Shown here piece by piece: positions 40,353-49,800 of a stretch of DNA of 64,000 bases (position 1 is the first letter of the stretch; each line of letters starts with the position of its first letter). The stretch lies in IMG/VR virus record IMGVR_UViG_3300032069_000007, positions 1-64,000 of that record. One strand, 5' to 3'. The translations under genes were made by a program, and so were the position numbers. The DNA comes from a virus. The notes under the pieces are model-generated. The model saw nothing but the letters and a program-made list of their open reading frames with translations, was not told the origin of the DNA and did no database searches.

Positions 40353-40550
40353 ATGCCAATGCCGAGCCGACACGTTTGCGCCGGATGCCGTCATCTTCGC
40401 GAGTGGCCCCGTTGCGCGGCTTTTCCAGGGGGCATACCGCAGGAGATACAGCGGCAGGAACACTTTCACATCGCGCCCTATCCGGGCGATCGAGGAATAC
40501 ACTTTGAGCGGAACAAAGAGATCAGGCATGAGAACCGAAGAGCTGCGTAA
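40353..40550 (+). CDS. small Cys/His protein (C..C.H...C.AFP.GIP family)
   Basis: CAGCRH...CAAFPGGIPQEI....H..PYPGDRGIHF. Confidence 0.7.
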   Translation: MPMPSRHVCAGCRHLREWPRCAAFPGGIPQEIQRQEHFHIAPYPGDRGIHFERNKEIRHENRRAA

Positions 40551-43296
40551 GAGCCACGTCAAAGGCCACTGGCGCAAGACGGGGAGGGGCAACAGGGTCT
40601 ACGTCCGCCCTTACGACACTAAGGTTCAGAAGAAGCCGACAGAAGGAGCCGGGCGCCCGAATTACCCCCGAATTAGCCCCGAATTACCCCCGAGTGCCCT
40701 CGCCCATCCGGAAATGGCCGCGGCCGTCGCCGCACCAGTCCTAGAACGCACCGGCCTGCTCGATGAGAACAAGAAGTACCGCCTGGCCTACAACGCCGAT
40801 GCCGGCATGATGTGGACCTTGCTCAGGCAGCAGCACTACAAATTCCCCGTTGCGGCCGCCGGGACAATTCGTGAGACCCTTCAGAACTCGCTGGACGCCA
40901 TTCGGAAGCGGATCGACGCCGGGGAGATAACCGAAGGTCGGTATTCGGTCACCTGGGACCCTGACGAGGATCGCCCCGGCTTCGGCAAGCTCACCATCGA
41001 GGATAACGGCGGCGGGATGGGAATAGACCAGATTCAGGATCTTTACCTGACGGCTGGCGGTTCCGGCAAGCGCGGAGACAAAGGCACTCTCGGCGGTTTC
41101 GGAGTTGCCAAGGTCATCATACTCGGCACGGTTGCGACGTCCGAGGCTGAACTCCTTGATGACCAGAAGGGAAAGACTGGCCGCTGGACGCTCGAGAGCC
41201 GCGACTACCGGATCACGAGCGATATGATGGGCCGGGCGGACATTCGCGGCAAGGAACTGAAGACTGACAGTTACCTCGATGGTCTGAAGCTGACCTTCGA
41301 GGGGTTCATCCAGGGTATGGACAAGTGGGGGGCAGATCAGGCCCTCAAGCAAGCCATCGAGCTAAGCGAGTTCCCCGACGACGTGAAAGTGACGTTCAAC
41401 GGGACCGAACTGCCATCGAAGTTGACGCTCTCTCCCGAAAACGAAAGCCCGTACAGTCTCCCGGAGGTGAAGGGCAACACGGTCGCATTGCACTGGGTTG
41501 CTGATGACAGGCTGTATGGCCTACAGACGGCCGTCCGCTTTTGCAAGGGCGACCAGAAGTTGTTTCAGTTCGTGGAGTCGCGAGGCGGCCCGATCGCTGG
41601 CTGGCTCGTAGTAGACGTCACGACACCTCACGCGCCAGCCGATGACGACTATCCCTTCAACACTGCGCGGTGCGCGCTGTCCTCAGAGATGAGAGAAGCG
41701 GTCAACGCCGTCGTGCAACATTACATCGCGGACCCGCTCTCGGCGACACTGCCCCCGCCGGACTACCAGAACGTCATGCGCATCTCCGCACACGACCGCC
41801 GGAACACGACAGGTCGGACAATTGTGCTCCGCGGCGAGAAGGGCCACCCCCTGACCGATTACGATTGGAAGAAGCACCAGACTGTTGTCAAACTGTGGGG
41901 CGATTTGGTCGAATCACTCTACAGGCAGGCGGGATATGAGGCGATGCCGGAGGTCGGGATCGACACACAAGAAGAACACGATGCCTGTCACATGAGCAAC
42001 CCGGACGGCACGTACGAGATCCTCCTGAATCCAGAGCACTTTCCAGAGCATTCCGAACCGATCACGCAGGCATTCTGGCTCAGGGACACCCTGATCCACG
42101 AAATGACGCACCGTAAGCGGCACGAGCACGACGAGTTCTTCGCAGCAGAAGAGAATTTGCTTCGCCATCGCCTCTCGGACCCGGAGGTGCTGGCCCGGAC
42201 GTTCGCGGCGCTGGCGCCGTTAGGCGACATAGGGTTCAAACTGCCGGAATCGCGGCGGGAGGCGGGGGAAGCACTTTATCGCGGACAGGCGGAGGGGTTT
42301 TATCCTAACGGGGTGTTCACGAACTACGAGGGTCATATTCGCCAGGAGCTGGCCGACCTCTACGAGGACTACAAGCATGACCTGCCAGCACCGACAGAGG
42401 AAGAGGACCTGACCTACAGCCTCCAGTTCGACCCCGGATACGAGGTGGACCCCCTCCGTGGACCGAGGCTGTTCACGCAGGATTGGTGGCAGAAGTGGTT
42501 CGAGTACCAAAAGGCGGACGACCTGTACCAAAACCCAAGCAGCGACAAGGCCAGAGCGATCATCCGGCGGGGGTTGCTGTACGGACTCGCGCTGCTCGTA
42601 GCCGGGGCGCAAGAAAGGTACAGAGCGCTGGAGGAGGGCATGCAAGACATTCCAATGGCGCAGAGGAATGCGGCGCAAGAGTCGGATCCCAAGGGCTACT
42701 ATCACCATCGCCTTGCGACGTTGCAACTTCACGCGAGAACCGCAGATGTTTGGAGGAGCTACTTTCAGACCCTCCCGGCGAAGGTCGCCAGGCTACTCAT
42801 GATCGAGCCAACCGTATTCGCCAAGCCGGAACCGCTGGGCACTGCCCGCCAAGCTACCCGGGCGCTCGTCGAGTCGGCGGCCGAGAAGGTGAGCGATCTC
42901 TTCTGGCGCAAATCAACAACGGCCAGCGACCCGCAAAAGTCCGACCTCTGGGATGAGGCACACCGCGCTGTGCAGCCAGGGAATTGGCGCTGGGCAGACA
43001 AGATGGAGACGTTCTCTTGGCTTGAGAAGACTGGCCTGGTCGGTGCTGACAATGCTGATCTGGTAGTCGAATACTTCCACGGGCTGGCGGGCGCCGCTGA
43101 CCTGCGTGCGCGAGATCACGAAAGCCAGCAGAGCAAGGCCGAGGCGCTGGCTTACAAGGCGACGGCGGATGCGATCGCCCTGGCCTGCCGAGGCAAATCG
43201 CCAGGCCGGACCGAAGACAAGCAGCCCGTGCTTTTCTCTCTGGGTCCATTGCCAGCCTTGTTCGGCTTGAATGAGGAAGCAGAGAGGGCAGACTGA
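40528..43296 (+). CDS. polyvalent protein: GHKL (HATPase_c) ATPase + zincin metallopeptidase + helical domain
   Basis: RETLQNSLDA, IEDNGGGM, SGK, GGFGVAK; LIHEMTH....H...F. Confidence 0.82.
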   Translation: MRTEELRKSHVKGHWRKTGRGNRVYVRPYDTKVQKKPTEGAGRPNYPRISPELPPSALAHPEMAAAVAAPVLERTGLLDENKKYRLAYNADAGMMWTLLRQQHYKFPVAAAGTIRETLQNSLDAIRKRIDAGEITEGRYSVTWDPDEDRPGFGKLTIEDNGGGMGIDQIQDLYLTAGGSGKRGDKGTLGGFGVAKVIILGTVATSEAELLDDQKGKTGRWTLESRDYRITSDMMGRADIRGKELKTDSYLDGLKLTFEGFIQGMDKWGADQALKQAIELSEFPDDVKVTFNGTELPSKLTLSPENESPYSLPEVKGNTVALHWVADDRLYGLQTAVRFCKGDQKLFQFVESRGGPIAGWLVVDVTTPHAPADDDYPFNTARCALSSEMREAVNAVVQHYIADPLSATLPPPDYQNVMRISAHDRRNTTGRTIVLRGEKGHPLTDYDWKKHQTVVKLWGDLVESLYRQAGYEAMPEVGIDTQEEHDACHMSNPDGTYEILLNPEHFPEHSEPITQAFWLRDTLIHEMTHRKRHEHDEFFAAEENLLRHRLSDPEVLARTFAALAPLGDIGFKLPESRREAGEALYRGQAEGFYPNGVFTNYEGHIRQELADLYEDYKHDLPAPTEEEDLTYSLQFDPGYEVDPLRGPRLFTQDWWQKWFEYQKADDLYQNPSSDKARAIIRRGLLYGLALLVAGAQERYRALEEGMQDIPMAQRNAAQESDPKGYYHHRLATLQLHARTADVWRSYFQTLPAKVARLLMIEPTVFAKPEPLGTARQATRALVESAAEKVSDLFWRKSTTASDPQKSDLWDEAHRAVQPGNWRWADKMETFSWLEKTGLVGADNADLVVEYFHGLAGAADLRARDHESQQSKAEALAYKATADAIALACRGKSPGRTEDKQPVLFSLGPLPALFGLNEEAERAD

Positions 43297-43547
43297 TGGT
43301 TGCCGGAAGCAGTCTAAGAGGTCTCAGGCCCGTACCGGGGGCACCGGGCCTGGACTGGGCGCGAATGGAAGTGTTTGAGGGCTGGCTCGTGTTTATCACG
43401 GACCAGATGAACTATGTCCAGTTCTTTGTCCCAATGGTCGCCGTACCCTCTGCGAGGTCTGTAGAATTCGCGGACGGCCTCGATTGGTGCCCGCCAGACG
43501 CCGTGACCACCGTGCTCGCTGAGTTGAGAAGGGAAGTGCTGAATTGA
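43296..43547 (+). CDS. small hypothetical protein
   Basis: TGATG coupling. Confidence 0.5.
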   Translation: MVAGSSLRGLRPVPGAPGLDWARMEVFEGWLVFITDQMNYVQFFVPMVAVPSARSVEFADGLDWCPPDAVTTVLAELRREVLN

Positions 43548-43828
43548 CTGTACAATATGACACTCCACCGGACATGATGCCGGAGATCAACCGCCTTCTG
43601 GTGCTCGCCGTCGGGTCGGTGAGGAGGGCGCATTTCGCGCAGGTGTTCCGGGCCGAGGTCGGGCCGCTGTTCGAGGGCCTGTCGAGCCTCCGGTACGACC
43701 AGATCGAGGAAGCGTTCCTGGACCAGATGGAGGCGGCATTCGACCTAGCTGGCAGTGTGCGGGATGCCTTTCAACTTAGAGATCGATTGACAGCGGAGAG
43801 TGACCCACAAGATGGCAACCGTGGTTAA
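43544..43828 (+). CDS. small hypothetical protein
   Basis: Coupled ORF. Confidence 0.5.
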   Translation: MTVQYDTPPDMMPEINRLLVLAVGSVRRAHFAQVFRAEVGPLFEGLSSLRYDQIEEAFLDQMEAAFDLAGSVRDAFQLRDRLTAESDPQDGNRG

Positions 43829-46800
43829 GGTCTTAGGCAGGCAGGGCAACCGGCTCAACATCGCGCGCCGGGAGTGCTCCTGCGAGGTCAAGTTGCCGTT
43901 TGGCCTGCGCTTCACCGACGGCGGCAAGATGCACCGGGTCCACGTCTGCCCGCAGTGCGAGCGCCTCCACGGGTACGAGGACATCCGTAAGGGAACCCTG
44001 CTGCGCAGTCAAGTCGTCTTCGCCCCCGGGTTGCCGCTCTTATCGAAGGCACTCGAGCTCAAGGCCGGCCAGCGCTGGGTAACGCTGCATCCGGATGCCG
44101 AGAACCCAGAAAACTACGTCCACGTCCTGATCCAAGAGCACCCCGATGGCACAGCAAGCGTCATTCGGGGAGCTGAGGGCAAGCTCAACTACCTGCGGCT
44201 GACAAAACTCAAATCGCCGGAGGACTGGCAGGAATCCGGAAAGCGCCTTGCCGAGGAGCGCGAGAGGCGGCGGAAAGAGCGTGAGGCCGCGATGACCGAA
44301 GAGGAGCGCCAGACCACGCACGACGTAGAAGCTGGCATACTGGCCCGCAAGGAGCTGGAGGACGCCAAGTACGTATCGCAGGTGATGGAGGCGCACGGGA
44401 TAGGCGAGTCCGACTGGAAGCTCGAAGAAAAGACCTTGGTAGCCCTGCCGGGGAAGTCACGCGAGATGGCCGAGAAGCAGCACCTCCGCAAGATGGTCAC
44501 GGTGGCGAACAAGCTCGTGGACCGCACGCGCAAGGATCTGCTGGACGCTCACGACCGATTGGCCGAAGCCGAGCTCGGCGATATGCCGCTCGGGGACGTA
44601 GGTATCGAGCGGCCACTCGAGGGCAAAGGAAGCGGGTATATCGCCGCAGTCGAGAACGCGGCAGAGGCGGCTGGTCTAAGCGTCAGGCAGAAGATCGCGG
44701 AGAAGGAGGACATAAGCTGGAGAGGGTTCCTTGACCGAAGCGACGGCGATCCTCTCAAGGCTGCCGAGAAGCTCGCAGCGGTCCAGCGCCTGCACGCAGC
44801 GCTCCGCGAGGTTCGTGAACCGATCAAGGAGCTCAGAACCGCCGGCCTATTGGATAGGCCGCTGAAACCGGAACTTCCGCCAACCGAGAAGATCGCTGAC
44901 ATCCTCGTGGCGCAGAAGCAGCACACCGACTACGAGCGGCAGTACCGACAGGTGAAGGGTGAGATAGAGGAACACGGGGTTCCCAAGGCCGCTCTTGAGG
45001 TCGTGACGGAACTCAGGCCGGAGGAGGTCGAGGAGATCATCAGGGCCGCTGCCGCAAAGCCCTTAGACGAGGAAGCCGCCAAGGACAAGGTCGCCGAGGA
45101 ACTGGCCGAGGATGCGATGCAGCGTGCGGCCGAGAGGCTGCTTGCGACCGCCGACAAGGAGGAGGCCCTTCAGCCACTCCGCAAATACGTGACGATGGGG
45201 CATTACGACAGTTTGAACCGCTCCTGCCTCGCGGCAACGCGCACCCCCCTGCCCCTCGGCCGTCTTCAGGCCGACATCCTGGGACCAGAGGCCAGTGCCC
45301 AGGTGCTCGCCGCCCATCTCAGAGAAACGCTCTCGGACACGGATTACAGGGCAGCACTCCACGGCGTTGCCAACTACCATCGCAACTATCAGCGGCAGGC
45401 AAGCGAACAGGCCCTCCAGTCGTACGCGTCGACAAAGCAGCAGGCCGACGAACTCTCCGAGCGCCCGATATCCGACATCGGGTCTCTTGTTGAGGCACAG
45501 GTTGCGAATGCCGACCGGATTGACCTCGTTGACGAGGCGCGGGAGACTCTCGGCGTGGCGCTCGGACGGCTGGAAGCTACGGCTGCGCTTGTCCAAGCGC
45601 TTGAGCTTCAACACGCACGCAAGGGAGTGCCGGAAGAGCTGCGGGTTCCGCTCGGTGCTATCTCAAATCAGCAGGCCATTGCGCAAGCGCGCGTGCTGGG
45701 ACTCAGCCACCCTGTCATGGAGGAGATGGAGCCGGGGGTGGAACCCGATTACCGAATCGACTCCGACGGCGTCAACAAGTTCCTGACTATCTTGCCGAAC
45801 GGGGCAGCCAAGCTCGTGACGAAGCCCGATCGGGAGCTCGCAGAGAAGCACGCACTCGCAACCGAGATCAAATCAGGTAGGCGGGATCAGAGGCACTGGC
45901 TCCCCGCAGGAATTGTCTCGAGGCCGCAGAGCACATTCGAGGATCCCGAGAAGCGCGCGGTGCAGTTCTCGGAACCGCTCGAACTCAGGCCCAAAATGCG
46001 GTATGCGGAGGTCAACCGCGGACTCAAGCACTATATCGCGCGGCGTCTAGCGGACGGCCAGGACCCTGAGAGCCTGCGTTCCGACCTGCTTTCGGCAGAG
46101 TTCACCGCGGACCTGCCGGACGATCTTCTGGGAGACGGCGGCGGATCCTACTACAAGGCCCTAAGCGACCTCGGCTGGTTCACCTACAACCAGGTAGAAA
46201 ACAAGTCCCCGGAGGGGCTGGAGGCCATAGCCGAACACGCAGTTGAGGAGTACGAACGCGAACACGGGGCGTCTGAGGAGGTCGCCGCCCTCAACTCGCA
46301 GTCCATCCCACTGAAAGACAGCCCGGTGTGCTACGAGGCTCTCTACAGGGCCGTTGCGGCTCACCCCGAAGCCAGGGTAGCGTTCAAGGCTCTCTCCGAG
46401 CTGACGCCGGAGGAGCGCGGGCTGATCCAGCGCTTCTTCTACCGGGTCATGACCGAGGAGAAGTCGCCCCAGGAAGAGGCTGAGGAGAAGAGGCTTACCG
46501 CAAGACCGACCCAGGCCCCGGCTAGGCAGGAGGCGCTGTGGGCCGAGCAAGAGGTGCCCGCAGAGACGACGGAGGCCCGGAAACCCGCCAAGCCAGGACG
46601 CGAGACCCCGTGGACCCGCTACGTCAAGGCGCAGGGATCTGTCCAACATGCCTATGAGAGTGTCCAGGACGTCATGAGAGGCGCCGTCTCGGCGCAGTTC
46701 GCCAAGCACATGGGAGGCATACTTGGCCGCGAGCTGAAGACCGGCAACAAGCGCATCGCAAACTGGGATGACCACCTTCTCGGGCTCGTTTCTCCAGAAC

Positions 46801-49800
46801 GACAACAGCAGCTCCTGGAGGCGCGGCAGGCAGAAATGGCGCGCAAGCACGCGAGGGTCGCGACTCGCGCCCGGGGCAAGTTCGCAACGGAGGAGCGGCT
46901 CGGCATCAGGCGTGAACGCGCGGAGGCCCTCGATCGGGCCATCCGTGGAGCTGCGCTCTCGCTGTTCAAGGAGAAGCCGCTGCCCGCGATCGAGCGGGTT
47001 ACGATCGGCGCCCGGGCGGAGAAACAGCTCCAGTCCATCTTCCCCTACGTTGCCCAGAACTTTGAGGTTGACCGGCCGGTAGACATCCCTCACGATGTAA
47101 ATATGAGCGAAGGTGAGATGGTAAAGCAGCAGCGCGCGGTGAAGCTGATCGAGGGCCTGAAGCGGCTTTCGCTCAACCTGGGCGTCGGCACCGGCAAGAC
47201 CCTGGTCGCGTTGGGCAGCTTCTCAGACCTGCAAGCACGCGGCGCAGTCAACCGCGCCATCTTCGCTGTGCCAGCCAGCCTTACGGCGCAGTTCGGGTGC
47301 GTTCGGGGCGACACGGAACTCTGTGACCCTATCCGCGGACTCACCATGACATTTGAGGAGTGGCTGCTTTCGGGCCTGAGGCCCTTTGTCTGGACCCGGG
47401 CCGCGGGTGGACAAGTAACCATCGAACTGGCGTCTCGCCCATTCCTGAAGGGCCTTGATCGGATGTATCGCGTGGAGACGGACGATGGAGCGTCAATTGT
47501 TGTGACCGCAAAGCATCGCTTCCTTACGCCGAAGGGTTGGAGGCCGTTGTGCGAGTTGCCCGTCGGCTCGCTTGTTTCTTGCGCCGTCGCTCTGAAGCGT
47601 GCAACAAGCGATGCTCACGGTGGCTCCCGAGCAACTGGAGATTATCGATCCGGTTGTCATCCTTTTGGCCATTACGGTGATGAACGAGCTCATCCGGCTC
47701 CAGATAACGGCCAACGTGCTTTTCCATTATCAGGCGGTGCTCGAGATAGTAACCCAGTGAATTTGCCTGAGGGTGGTCCGGCACAAACAACGCGATGTAG
47801 CCAGCAGAACGCCGAATCCGACCTCCCTTCCAGTTGTTTGCCTTTTCGCCCTTGTGACGGTTGGCATTGCCGAGTCTTGGAACGTCGAGCTTCTTCAGGC
47901 GAAGCCGAACCGCATCCTCGCTTGCGCCGTTATCCAAAATGCGGGCTATCTCCGAACACGACCGCCCCTGCTCAGCCAACTCTCGCAACCGCTCGTCGCT
48001 CCACTCGTACCCAGGTGGCCTGCGCCCGTTCAGGCGGAGTTTCCGCATTCGACGAAGGACGGTCGCTTGTGTTGTCCCAAAGTAACGAGCCAGCCAAGAT
48101 AGCGATCTCCCTTCTTGAACGAAGCGGCGGAGGTCGTTCTCATCTATGGAATGAGGTCGACGACCAGTGCGCAGAGCCTCGGAAAGCCCAAGAGCCCTCA
48201 CCCGACGAGCCAAGTAGCTCTGACTCCTCCCGGTCTGCCGTGACATCCAAATGCAGGTTCGATCCTCGGCAACCCAATCCCGCAGTTGCTGATCCGGGAC
48301 GGCGGCGTATTCTGGGAGACTTGGCGGAGTCAGTCCCAATTCAAGCAAGCGCCGCCGAAGCGTGTGCCGTGCAAGGCCGAATTGGCGCTCCATCCAAGCC
48401 AGCGACCTTCCCTGGCTGTGGTAGCGCCTCAATGCCGTTTCATCAACCTGTTTCGTCGGTTGGCTCATGCACCCAGTATAGCACAATTCGCAACATCTCG
48501 GAAGTGGGGCTTGCCCTTGTCTTCGACATCGCAGTTGCACGGACACACAACTACTGGGCTGGCGGGTTCTGGAATCACAATTCGGAAGCCTTGAGGTTCT
48601 ACGAACCTGGCAGGTTCAAATGGTTCGCCGACCCGACGGCCAGCGCTGAGGACCGCCGGGCCGCCTATACTGATCCCGATCGGCAGATATGCGTTGTCAC
48701 CCATCAGGCCCTCAGAGACGACCTCGTCTGGGCGGTGGGCCAGGATCGGTTCGGGGGCAATGTACGAAAAGCGGAAGACTGGATGCGTGCGGCTCCCGAG
48801 GACGAACGCAGGCACGAGGTACGTGCGGCAGCGGAGAAACAAGGGTGGAAGTGGGACATGTGTTTGCCGTACGAGGCTCCGGTGGCGATGGCGGACGGAA
48901 CAACTCGCAGGATCGGAGATCTCGTGGAATCCCGATCAAGCGATCCCGTGCTGTCACTCAACCTTCAGAGCGGTAGGTTGGAGGCCAAGTCAGTGTCCGA
49001 TTGGTTGCGCTTGGAGTGCCCGCACCCCCAACTCTACCGAATCCTCGCGGGCGAAGCAAGCGTGATATGCACAGGTGATCATAAGATATGGACACTCGGT
49101 AGGGGGTATGTCCGCGCTTGCGAGGTGCGAGTAGGTGACCGACTTTTGGCTTTACAACCGACCGACTCTCTGCTAGAATTGGAACACGATACCTTGAACC
49201 GGGGTGACAGAAATGGCAGTGAGGGATATGTTGGTCGGAACGCTTCTGGGCGATGCCTCGATGGGCCAGAGCGCTGCCGGGACGCCGCGAGTAACGATCA
49301 AGCACTGTCCCGCGCAAGAGGATTATCTATTCCACAAGTACGATCGACTGAGATCAATATGCCCATCTGCGCCGAAGTTCGTCAGGAACGGGGGATGGGG
49401 CGGCGACCTCTGGGTCTTTCAGACGAGCTGCCTGGATTGGTTGCGGCAGTACCGGGAGATGATGTGGCGCGACGGGAGGCGTCGGATTGCCGACGCCGTG
49501 AAGGATCACTTGACCCCGGAGGCACTGGGTTACTGGTATATGGACGACGGTTCGCTGTCGAACGGGTGTGCCACACTCAGCACACACAGGTATTTGCGGG
49601 AAGATCAACGGAAGCTGCGATCTTGGATCCGCCAACTGTACGAGATCGAGGTTCTGGAACGCTACGACCGAAGGCACGACCGGTTTTATATGGCGATGCG
49701 CAGAGAGGCGACGCGCCGGTTTGTGGCACTTCTGAGTCCCCACGTGCCGGAGTCCATGAGATACAAGCTGAATGTGCCGAATGCGGAGTTGCTGCCGTAC

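Larger units (their letters stand above)
47298..48581 (+). mobile_element. intein 1 (428 aa) in helicase motif Ia
   Basis: Starts CVRGDT, block B VTAKHRF, ends VFDIAV..THNY.AGG.WNHN followed by Ser; removal restores QFG-SEALRF. Confidence 0.9.
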
